Under the pieces are notes generated by a model. That model searched no databases. It worked only from the letters and a program-made list of their open reading frames with translations, and was not told the origin of the DNA. Of a stretch of 64,000 nucleotides of DNA, positions 1-9,100 are shown in pieces. Within the stretch, counting starts at the first letter, position 1; each line of letters begins with the position of its first letter. A program made the translations under genes and the position numbers. The stretch comes from an uncultured Gemmatimonadales bacterium (GTDB lineage Bacteria; Gemmatimonadota; Gemmatimonadetes; Gemmatimonadales; GWC2-71-9), in the NCBI GenBank assembly GCA_963828735.1, contig CAWHFW010000003.1, positions 32,001 to 96,000 of the forward strand, read 5' to 3'.

Positions 1-1
1 G

Positions 2-676
<675 letters not shown>

Positions 677-698
677 CGGACGCGCGTCCACCCGGGTT

Positions 699-787
699 GT
701 CATCCCGGGCGAAGCGAGGGATCTTGCTCCGGAATGGCTCGAGCGATGCCACTGCTCACTGACGCCGTAGTCCTGCGTTCGCTCGGG
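699..787. repeat. Degenerate REP-like palindrome (GTCATCCCGGGCGAAGCGAGGGATCT type)
   Basis: CCCGGGCGAA (705) pairs with TTCGCTCGGG (778-787); shares CGAGGGAY arm with 4027, 55854, 58458. Confidence 0.5.
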
Positions 788-856
788 TAGCCGATCAGCG
801 ATTGCCACTCCCCGCGCACGCGCCGGGTCCGCGCAGCCGCACACCCGGAGCACGCC

Positions 857-2173
857 GTGGACGAAACGCACGATCCCTCCCGCACCTCCTGGGTAGAGTC
901 GGCTCAGGGCCACCCTGATTTCCCGATCCAGAACCTCCCCTTCGGGATCTTTCACCGGCGCGACGACAAGGACGACCCCTCCCCGGCCCGCGTCGGCATG
1001 GCGATCGGGAACTTCGTCCTCGACCTGACCGCCTGCCATGACGAAGGCTGGTTCACCGGAGCGGCCGACGCGGCGGGCGCGGCGCTCGCCCAACCCGCGC
1101 TCAACGCCCTGCTCCGCCTCGGCCCGGGCACGTGGGCCGAGCTGCGCCGGCAGGCGAGCGCGATCCTCGCGGCCGACTCGCCCGCCTACCGCGCCAACCG
1201 GCGGGTCGGCGACCACATCCTCGTCCCCATGGCCGACGCCGAGGTGCTGCTGCCGGTCGCGGCGGGGGATTACACCGACTTCTACGCGTCGGTGCACCAC
1301 GCCACCAACGTCGGCAGCATGTTCAGGCCCGACAATCCGCTGCTCCCGAACTACAAGTGGGTGCCGATCGGTTACCACGGCCGCGCGTCGTCTCTCGTGC
1401 CGAGCGGCACGCCGGTGCGGAGGCCGAGCGGACAGATCAAGGACGCCAAGGCCGACGCGCCGGTCTTTGGACCGTCGCGCTCGCTGGACTACGAGATGGA
1501 GGTCGGGTTCGTGGTGGGGACGGGCAATGCTCTCGGCACGCCGGTGCCGGTGGCGGAGGCGGAGTCGCATCTGTTCGGCCTCTGTCTCGTGAACGACTGG
1601 TCCGCCCGCGACGTGCAGAGCTGGGAATACCAGCCCCTCGGACCATTCCTCGCCAAGAATTTCGCGACCACGGTATCGCCCTGGGTCATCACGCTGGAGG
1701 CCCTCGCGCCGTTCCGCTCGCCGGCCGCGGCGCGCCCGGCCGGCGACCCGGCCCCGCTACCCTATCTCACCGCGCCCGATGATCGGACGCGCGGCGCGTT
1801 CGACGTTACGGTCGAGGTCTGGCTCAGCTCGGCCCGCATGCGATCGGAGCACGTCGGCCCGCTCCGCGTGAGCCGCGGCCGCGTCGCCGACCTCTACTGG
1901 ACTCCGGCGCAGATGCTCGCCCACCACGCGAGCAACGGCTGCAACCTCGAGCCCGGCGACCTGTTCGCGAGCGGCACCATCTCCGGTCCGGACCGCGAGA
2001 ACCGTGGCTGCCTGCTCGAGCTCACCTGGCGCGGCGCCGAGCCGCTCACGCTGCCGACCGGCGAGACCCGCGCGTTCCTGGAGGACGGCGACGAGGTGAT
2101 CATGCGCGGCTACGCCGAGCGCGAGGGCGCCGTGAGGATCGGGTTTGGGGAGTGCCGGGGGCTGGTGGAATAG
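857..2173 (+). CDS. fahA: Fumarylacetoacetase
   Basis: DFPIQNLPFG, DYTDFYAS, HATNVG, YHGRASS, LDYEME, NDWSARD, GPFLAKNF motifs. Confidence 0.95.
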   Translation: MDETHDPSRTSWVESAQGHPDFPIQNLPFGIFHRRDDKDDPSPARVGMAIGNFVLDLTACHDEGWFTGAADAAGAALAQPALNALLRLGPGTWAELRRQASAILAADSPAYRANRRVGDHILVPMADAEVLLPVAAGDYTDFYASVHHATNVGSMFRPDNPLLPNYKWVPIGYHGRASSLVPSGTPVRRPSGQIKDAKADAPVFGPSRSLDYEMEVGFVVGTGNALGTPVPVAEAESHLFGLCLVNDWSARDVQSWEYQPLGPFLAKNFATTVSPWVITLEALAPFRSPAAARPAGDPAPLPYLTAPDDRTRGAFDVTVEVWLSSARMRSEHVGPLRVSRGRVADLYWTPAQMLAHHASNGCNLEPGDLFASGTISGPDRENRGCLLELTWRGAEPLTLPTGETRAFLEDGDEVIMRGYAEREGAVRIGFGECRGLVE

Positions 2174-2248
2174 CTCGGGCGGTCGGCCAGGCGGGACGAT
2201 GTGATGGTAACGACCGCAGACTATCGCCTAGGCCGCGGTAAGCGGTGC

Positions 2249-2368
2249 CCGGGCGCAGGCGGGAGCGGGGCTCGCAGAGGGAGCCTCAGGGCGCACTCAA
2301 CCCCCTGCGCGATCCCACCCCCAGAGCGCCCTGCAGCGACCGGCGCGAGCCCCGCCCCCGTCGGAGCC
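2249..2368 (+). repeat. ~118 bp structured intergenic repeat, copy A
   Basis: Core GCTCGCAGAGGGAGC..CAGGGCGC-loop-GCGCCCTGCAGCGACCGGCGCGAGC shared with four other copies. Confidence 0.9.
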
Positions 2369-2391
2369 GCGCACCCCGACCCACCAGAGCA

Positions 2392-2787
2392 TTACTTCGC
2401 CGCGACGATCCGCTCGAGCACCTTCCGCGCATAGTCCTTGTCCCACTCCGCCAAATTCTTGCGCGCGTACACCTCCACCTTCGTGGTCGCCGTGTCCTGA
2501 CGCTCCATGTGCACGGTCACGTCGAGATCGTCACGCTTTCCCTTGAGATCCCGCTTCGCCCCACCGTCCTCGGTGCTGGACCCCTCCTGGCTGATTCCCA
2601 TGTCCTTCATCACCGACTCCGCGTTCGCCACCACTCGATCGATCGGCACCGCCACCAGGGACTCCACCCCGCGGCTCGTGGCGTAGATCGCGCCCGCCGC
2701 GCCCGCCGCGGCGGCGGCCACACATCCCGTCGCCGCCATCATCACCGCCACCGCCAACACGGCCTGCCGCCAGGACTTGCCTCGCAT
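2392..2787 (-). CDS. Lipoprotein, DUF3568-like
   Basis: AGGAGG RBS before ATG 2787; signal peptide with lipobox-like ATGC followed by AAAAGAAGAIY. Confidence 0.75.
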   Translation of the reverse strand: MRGKSWRQAVLAVAVMMAATGCVAAAAAGAAGAIYATSRGVESLVAVPIDRVVANAESVMKDMGISQEGSSTEDGGAKRDLKGKRDDLDVTVHMERQDTATTKVEVYARKNLAEWDKDYARKVLERIVAAK

Positions 2788-2885
2788 CTCTCCTCCTTCA
2801 TGTTGGCGCCACGGGCGGCGGCCGCGACTTCCCCGGCCCTCCGCCACATGGCATATTTTGGAATACTTCTTTGGAGACCGCACCC

Positions 2886-4008
2886 GTGGCCACGTTCCTC
2901 AAGACCACCGAGATCTCGATCGACGGTGCCCGCACCCTGCCCCGGCCATTCTATACCTCGCCTGAGATCTTCAGCGAGGAGCTGGAACACATTTTCCTGA
3001 AGCGCTGGCTCTGCGTCGGGCGCGAGGACCGGCTCACCAACCCCGGCGACTATTTCGTCCAGGAGATCGGCAAGGAGAGCGTGATCGTCCTCAAGGAGCG
3101 CGAGGGCGGCTACCGGGCGTACTACAACGTCTGCCGCCATCGGGGTACCCGGCTTTGCGAGGAGCACACCGGAAACCTGGGCGGCACCATCCAGTGTCCC
3201 TACCACGCCTGGACCTACGGCCTCGATGGCCACCTCATCGGCGCCCCCTCGACCCAGGAGATCGAAAACTTCGACAAGGCCGACTGGCCGCTCTTTTCCG
3301 TCGCGCTCGCGACCTGGGAAGGCTTCCTCTTCATCAACCTCGCCGAGAAGCCGGAGCCGTTCGACCGAGGCCTGGGCGCCGCTCGTGGGCCGGTTCGCCC
3401 GCTTCAACCTTTCGAACCTCAAGGTCGCCCGCACCATCGAGTACGACGTGAAATCGAACTGGAAGCTGTTGTTCCAGAACTATTCGGAGTGCTACCACTG
3501 CGGCCCGGTGCACCCGGCGCTTTCCAAACTCACGCCCCCGACCAGCGGCGAGAACGACCTGACGGAGGGACCGTTCACCGGCGGCTTCATGGTGATGACG
3601 CGCGGCGCCGAAAGCATGACGATGAGCGGGCGCTCGTGCGGCGTCACGGTGGGCGACCTGCCCGACGAGGACATGAACCGGGTCTACTACTACGCCATTT
3701 TCCCGAACCTGCTGCTGAGCCTGCACCCCGACTACGTGATGTTCCATACCGTCTGGCCCCAGGGTACGGACCGCACGCTCATCAGCTGCTCCTGGCTCTT
3801 CCATCCCGCCACCCTCGGCGACCCGACGTTCAATCCTGGCGACGGGGTCGAGTTCTGGGACATGACCAACAGGCAGGACTGGCACATCTGCGAGCAGAGC
3901 CAGCTCGGAGTCCAGTCGCGCGCGTATCAGCCGGGGCCCTACTCGAAGCGGGAGAGCCTGTCGGTCCAGTTCGACCGCGAGGTGTTGCGGAGTCTCGGGC
4001 GGGAGTAA
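2886..4008 (+). CDS. Rieske non-heme iron oxygenase alpha subunit (choline monooxygenase/GbcA-like), +1 frameshift near 3366
   Basis: CRHRG..CPYH Rieske motif in ORF 2871; NWK..ECYHCGPVHP and QDWHICE in ORF 3226; one extra C in TTCGACCGAGGCC joins them. Confidence 0.9.
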
Positions 4009-4026
4009 GGGCTGGATTGATCTGGG

Positions 4027-4058
4027 ACGAGGGACGTGCCGTGAGGTGCGTCCCTCGT
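4027..4058. repeat. Hairpin ACGAGGGACG..CGTCCCTCGT after Rieske stop (REP-like or terminator)
   Basis: 10 bp inverted repeat followed by TGCTTTG. Confidence 0.55.
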
Positions 4059-4069
4059 TGCTTTGTTGA

Positions 4070-4185
4070 GCTCCGGTGTGGGCCGGCGGGGCTCGCGCCG
4101 GTCGCTGCAGGGCGCTCCGGCAGGGGAGATCACGCAGGGGGGTGAGTGCGCCCTGACGCTCCCTTTGCGAGCCCCGCCGGCCCGG
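4070..4185 (-). repeat. ~118 bp structured intergenic repeat, copy B (inverted)
   Basis: Reverse complement matches copy D closely, including upstream GCTACGTGGCCC. Confidence 0.9.
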
Positions 4186-4336
4186 GCCACGTAGCACGAC
4201 GAGAGATCGTCGGTAGCCGGCGAAATGCCCGTGCCTCCATGGGGAGCGCGCGCTGAGCGCGCGGGCAGCGCCGCGCGTTGGCAGGAGCAGGCAGCAGCCT
4301 TGGAACGGATGGTCTGGCGCGGCTGGGATCGGAGCT

Positions 4337-4456
4337 CCGGGCGCAGGCGGGGGCGACGCTCGCAGAGGGAGCGTCAGGGCGCACTCCAACCCTTGCGCGA
4401 TCCCACCCCCCGGAGCGCCCTGCAGCGACCGGCGCGAGCGTCGCCCCCGCCGGAGC
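4337..4456 (+). repeat. ~118 bp structured intergenic repeat, copy C
   Basis: Perfect 18 bp outer stem GGCGGGGGCGACGCTCGC/GCGAGCGTCGCCCCCGCC around shared core. Confidence 0.9.
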
Positions 4457-4473
4457 CGCGCACCCCGACCCCG

Positions 4474-5643
4474 TCAGACCATGTAGTTCACCGGCGGATT
4501 CTCGAGCTGCAGGATCGCGCGGTCGATGCGAAACGGCTCGATGTTGTGCTCGGTGCGCCCGTCGATCGCGAGCTCGGACAGGATCCGCCCGATCAGCGAC
4601 GCGAACTTGTAGCCGTGCCCTCCTCCCACGCCCACGACCACGTTGGGATCGGACGGCAGTCGGTCGACCACGAAGTCGCGGTCGGGCGTCAGGGTGTACA
4701 GGCAGGTCTTGGTGTAGATGATCGGGCCGAGCGCCTTCGGGATGTACTTCCGGAGGAACTCCATCGTGCGCTCGAGCGCCGCCTGGTCCGGCTCGAAGCT
4801 CCGCGTGACGGGATCCGTCTCGAGGCCGCCGGCGTCCTGCCCCACCTTGGGACCGGCCTCGCCGAAGACGGGGAACCCGTAGAAGCACGGGTCGTCCATC
4901 CAGATCCAGACCGGGAACCGCCCAGGCTCGAACTGGGCCGCGTGCGGCGTCGCGAAGTAGGTGACCTGCTCCTTGGTGACCCGGAGCGGCAGCCGCATGC
5001 CGACATGCGTGAGGGCGCCGTTGGACCAGGCCCCCGCCGCGACGACCAGGCGGCGACAGCGATACACCGCGCCCCCGGCCGCGACCTCGATCTCCCCGTT
5101 CACGGACCTGATCCGCTCGACCGGCGAGCGGTCCACCAGCGTCGCCCCGTGCTCCCGCGCCATCCGAGCGTGCGCCGCGTTGCCGCGGGCGGCCATCGCG
5201 ATCCCGCTGTCCGGCTGGAACAGGCCCTGGATATCGTCGGTCACCTCCAGCACCGGCCAGCGCCGGCGGATCTCCGCCGCGTCGAGGTGCTCGTAGGCGA
5301 CCCCCGCCGCGTCCATGCTGCCGCTGTAGTTGGTGAGCGGGATAGCGCTCTCGCGCGGGGCGAAGTCGAGCCCTCCGGTCTTGAGCACGAGCTGCTCGCC
5401 CGAGTCCTTCTCGATCTCGGCCCAGGCGCGGTACGCGTGCTTGGCGAGCTCGACGTAGCCGGGCGTGTGATACGAAAGCCGGATGATGCGCGAGTGGTCC
5501 TGCGACTCGCCGCGCACGTGCCCCAGCTCGAACTGCTCGAGCCCGAGCACGTCGGCGCCCGCTCGGCGCGAGAGCCAGTAGGCCGCCGCACTGCCCCAGC
5601 CACCGAGGCCGAGGACGATGTACTCGTAGTCACGCCGGCTCAC
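4474..5643 (-). CDS. solA: N-methyl-L-tryptophan oxidase / monomeric sarcosine oxidase family flavoprotein
   Basis: GLGGWG Rossmann motif, SQDHSRIIR, TCLYTLTPD (FAD-linked Cys position), GHGYKF. Confidence 0.88.
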   Translation of the reverse strand: MSRRDYEYIVLGLGGWGSAAAYWLSRRAGADVLGLEQFELGHVRGESQDHSRIIRLSYHTPGYVELAKHAYRAWAEIEKDSGEQLVLKTGGLDFAPRESAIPLTNYSGSMDAAGVAYEHLDAAEIRRRWPVLEVTDDIQGLFQPDSGIAMAARGNAAHARMAREHGATLVDRSPVERIRSVNGEIEVAAGGAVYRCRRLVVAAGAWSNGALTHVGMRLPLRVTKEQVTYFATPHAAQFEPGRFPVWIWMDDPCFYGFPVFGEAGPKVGQDAGGLETDPVTRSFEPDQAALERTMEFLRKYIPKALGPIIYTKTCLYTLTPDRDFVVDRLPSDPNVVVGVGGGHGYKFASLIGRILSELAIDGRTEHNIEPFRIDRAILQLENPPVNYMV

Positions 5644-6743
5644 GTCGTACCGCGGTCCATGCGCTCCCCGATGTACCGGCGAATGTCCAGGCTCCAGCTT
5701 TCCATCGGCGCGTAGTAGCCGCGCTGGAACACCCGCGACGACATCCCGCGCTGCACCGACTCGCAGATCGCCCAGTCCTGGCGGTTGACCAGGTCCCAGA
5801 ACTCCACGACGTCGGCCGGCGCGAAGTCGGGCTTCGCGATCTCGGAGGGGTGGAAGAGGAACTCGTTCACGATGGTCGTCCGGTCGGGGCCGTCTGGCCG
5901 GACGTAGAACGCGGCCACGTGCTCAGCGCTGAGGCTCAGCATCAGGGTGGGGTAGACGAGCTCGCCCTTGTGCCGGATGCGCTCGTCCTCGCTCAGGCCC
6001 TCGAATGGAAGCCGGTTGGTCGTGCCGGTGGCCGTGAAGGTCCAGGCGCCGTCGCGATGGGGGATGCCGCGCTCCCAATCCAGCTCGGAGCCGCCGCGCT
6101 GCTTGAACGCGGGCACGAGGCGGCAGAGCTCGGGATGCACCGGCCCGCAGTGGTAGCACTCGTTGTAGTTCTCGAGCACCACCTTCCAGTTGGCGTGGAT
6201 CTCGTACTCGATCCGGTGCGCCACGCGAAGCTCGGCGAGCGGGTAGCGGGCGAGCCGCTCGGGCACGGCGTCCAGCTGCGTCGCGAGGGTGTGACCGCGG
6301 CGCTCGGCGTCGGCGGGCGTGAGGTGGACGAAGACGAAGCCGCCCCACGTGTCGACGCCGACGGGATGGAGCGACAGCTGGCCGCGAGCGAGCCCGTCGG
6401 ACTCCTCGAGGAACGGCGCGGTGCGGAGCTCGCCTTCGAGCGTATAGGTCCAGGAGTGGTAGGGGCAGCGGATGCCGCCGGCGAACGTGCCCGTGCCGCA
6501 GTCCGGTACCAGCTGCGACCCGCGATGGCGGCAGACGTTGTAGTGCGCCGCAAGACGGCCAGCGCGCGTCCGCACGAGGAGGATGCTCTCGCCCGCGACG
6601 TTCTTCACGGCGTAGTCGCCCGGCGAGGCCAGCTCCTCCTCGCGCCCGACGACGAACCACTCGCGCCAGAAGATCCGTTCCTGCTCATGCGCGAACACCT
6701 CGGGCGACAGATACGACTCGCGGGGCAGCGTGCGCTCGAGCAC
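5640..6743 (-). CDS. Second Rieske oxygenase alpha subunit
   Basis: CRHRG..CPYH, NWK..NECYHCGPVHP, QDWAICE; GTG start next to cupin stop; 4 bp overlap with solA. Confidence 0.92.
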   Translation of the reverse strand: MLERTLPRESYLSPEVFAHEQERIFWREWFVVGREEELASPGDYAVKNVAGESILLVRTRAGRLAAHYNVCRHRGSQLVPDCGTGTFAGGIRCPYHSWTYTLEGELRTAPFLEESDGLARGQLSLHPVGVDTWGGFVFVHLTPADAERRGHTLATQLDAVPERLARYPLAELRVAHRIEYEIHANWKVVLENYNECYHCGPVHPELCRLVPAFKQRGGSELDWERGIPHRDGAWTFTATGTTNRLPFEGLSEDERIRHKGELVYPTLMLSLSAEHVAAFYVRPDGPDRTTIVNEFLFHPSEIAKPDFAPADVVEFWDLVNRQDWAICESVQRGMSSRVFQRGYYAPMESWSLDIRRYIGERMDRGTT

Positions 6744-6744
6744 C

Positions 6745-7074
6745 TCAGGCCTCCCCGCCCTCGGGTCCGTAGAAGAACACCCACACGGCGAGATCGTCGC
6801 TGAACTCCTCGAACCGGTGCTCGACACCGGCCGCGACGAACAGCACGTCGCCCCGCTCGAACGAATGGCGCTCCGCGCCGTTCCGAAACGTCCCGCTGCC
6901 CTCGATCACAACGTACACTTCGTCCCGCGTATGCGGCGTCTGCGGGTCCGTGCCCCGCGGCGCGTACAGCTCGACACTCAGGGTGCCATGCCGGAACAGC
7001 TCGACGAACCGCTCCCCCTCCGGTCCCGGCAAGCGCGCGAGCCCCTGTGCGACCGTCAGGTAGTTCTCAGGCAT
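6745..7074 (-). CDS. Cupin domain protein
   Basis: QTPHTRDEVYVV and GDVLFVAAGVEHRF cupin motifs. Confidence 0.88.
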   Translation of the reverse strand: MPENYLTVAQGLARLPGPEGERFVELFRHGTLSVELYAPRGTDPQTPHTRDEVYVVIEGSGTFRNGAERHSFERGDVLFVAAGVEHRFEEFSDDLAVWVFFYGPEGGEA

Positions 7075-7203
7075 ATCCCCCCAGGATCTCCCGTGCCGCA
7101 GTTCGGCGTCTACACCAGGTCGCTGCCGCACCGTCAGCCCGCGCCACGCACCAGCGCGCGAGCCCAACCCGACCTCCGAGCATCCCGGCCTGGCTACGTG
7201 GCC

Positions 7204-7319
7204 CCGGGCCGGCGGGGCTCGCAGAGGGAGCGTCAGGGCGCGCTCACCCCCTTGCGCGATCCCACCCGCCGAGCGCCCTGCAGCGACCGGCGCGAGCCCC
7301 GCCGGCCCCCCAGCGGAGC
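7204..7319 (+). repeat. ~118 bp structured intergenic repeat, copy D
   Basis: Perfect 17 bp outer stem GGGCCGGCGGGGCTCGC/GCGAGCCCCGCCGGCCC around shared core. Confidence 0.9.
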
Positions 7320-7324
7320 CTGGC

Positions 7325-8918
7325 CTACGCTCGCAGGTCGCGCACGATCTCGCGGGCCGCGTTGTAGCCGCACGCACCCATCACCCCACCCCCCGGATGC
7401 GTCGCCGCCCCGCACAGATAGAGCCCGCGCACCGGCGTCCGGTAGTCCGCGTACCCCGGCACCGGCCGCATGAACGACAGGCTGCTGAGCGACATCACCC
7501 CCTGCATGATGTTCCCGCCGGTGAGCCCGAACCGCTGCTCCAGGTCCACCGGCGACAGGATCTGCCGCGCGATGACCGAGCGCTTGAAGTTCGGCGCGAA
7601 CTGGCTCATCAGGTCGAAGCACCGGTCCGCGTACTTCTCCTTCTCGGCCTCGAGCGACAGGCCGGGCGCGAGCTTGTACGGGAAGTACTGGGTGAACATC
7701 GACATCACGTACTGGCCGCGCGGCGCGAGCGTATCGTCCAGCACCGACGGGATCGTGGCCTCGATGATCGGCTGCGCCGACGGCCGGCCGTACTTGGCGT
7801 CGTCGTAGGCGCGCTCGATGTACTCCATCGTCGGCGAGATGTGGATCGTGCCCCGATGCTGCGGGCCCGGCGCGGTGCCGGGCACGGACGTGAAGTCCGG
7901 CAGCTCGCTCAGCGCGACGTTGATCTTGCAGCTCGCGCTCGCGTAGTCGATGTTGCGCACCGCCTCCACGAACTCCGCCGGCAGATCGCCGTTCTGCATC
8001 AGCTTGAGGAAGGTGACGTTCGCGTCCACGCCCGACGCGACCCGCTGGCGCGCGGATCTCGGTCCCGTCGGCCAGCGCCACGCCCTGCACGACGCCGTTC
8101 TTGACCAGGATCCGCGCCACCTCGGCGTTGGTCCGGATCTCGGCGCCGCGCTCCCGCGCCGCGGCCGCGATCGCGTTGCTGACGCCGCCCATGCCGCCGC
8201 GCACGTAGCCCCAGACGCCCCGCACCCCGTTGCACTCGCCCATGACGTGATGGAACAGCACGTAGGCCGTCCCCGGCATCGACGGGGACGCCATCGCGCC
8301 GATGATCGCGTCGGTCGCCAGCGTCACCTTGAGCTGCTCGCTCTCGAACCAGCGGTCCAGGATCGGCGTGGCCGCGCCGGTCAGGATCTCGATCGCCTTC
8401 TGCCCTTCGGTCCCCAGGCGCACGAAGGCGAGGCCCAGCTTCGCGAGCTGCGCCAGGTTGCCCGGGCGGAATGACCACGGGTTGGGCGGCGTCATGACGA
8501 GCGTCGGCTCGAGGAAATCGGCCACGCGCTCGAGCATCGCCTCGTACCTCGGCAGCGCCTCGGCGTCCTTGGTGGAGAACTTCGAGATCTCGCGATGCGT
8601 CTGCGCCTTGTCCGGGCCGAGCATGAGCGAGCGGCCATCGGGGAACGGGGTGAACGAGGAGGGACTCCGCGGCAGCATCTCGAAGCCGTGCCGCGCGAGC
8701 TCGAGATCGCGGATGATCTCGGGCCGGAGCAGGCTGTTCACGTACGCGGCGGTCGAGACCTTGAAGCCGGGCCACACTTCCTCGGTGACGCACGCGCCGC
8801 CGAGCACGTCGCGACGCTCGAGGACGATCGTCTTGAGGCCCGCGCGGGCGGCGTAGGCCGCGGTCACGAGCCCGTTGTGGCCACCGCCGATGATGATGAG
8901 ATCGTAGGAAACGGACAT
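7325..8918 (-). CDS. Phytoene dehydrogenase-like (PYROXD2-type) FAD oxidoreductase, frameshift near 8048
   Basis: GGGHNGL..LGGACVTEE in one frame, GLYLCGAATHPGGGVMG in another; removing one base gives IRAQRVASGVDA. Confidence 0.88.
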
Positions 8919-9000
8919 GAGATTCGCGGGGGTTGAGGTGGCGAATCTTACCCGCGAGGGGAAGGGGGTGGAAGGGGAAAAGCGAAGCGGGGAGCGGAAA

Positions 9001-9096
9001 CGGTGAGCGGGAAACGGTGAGCGGTGAGCGGTAAGCGGGAACAGCTCACCGAAGTAGTCTGGTGTGCTCTTCCCGCTCACTGCTCACCGCTCACCG
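9001..9096. repeat. Heptamer (CGGTGAG) tandem repeats forming a ~31 bp imperfect hairpin after the TBDT stop
   Basis: 9015-9045 is a near reverse complement of 9066-9096. Confidence 0.75.
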
Positions 9097-9100
9097 CCTC

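Noticed and set aside
2249..7319. The 118 bp repeat as a CRISPR array, hammerhead ribozyme or repeated peptide (QRERQGALTPLRDP in several ORFs)
   Set aside because: Copies are dispersed and in both orientations with no cas genes; CUGACGC lacks the CUGANGA/GAAA core; indels between copies break any reading frame
7325..8918. Carotenoid biosynthesis (crtI) for either phytoene-dehydrogenase-like gene
   Set aside because: No crtB, crtE or crtY nearby; GHNGL and THPGG motifs and context fit the uncharacterised PYROXD2-like group
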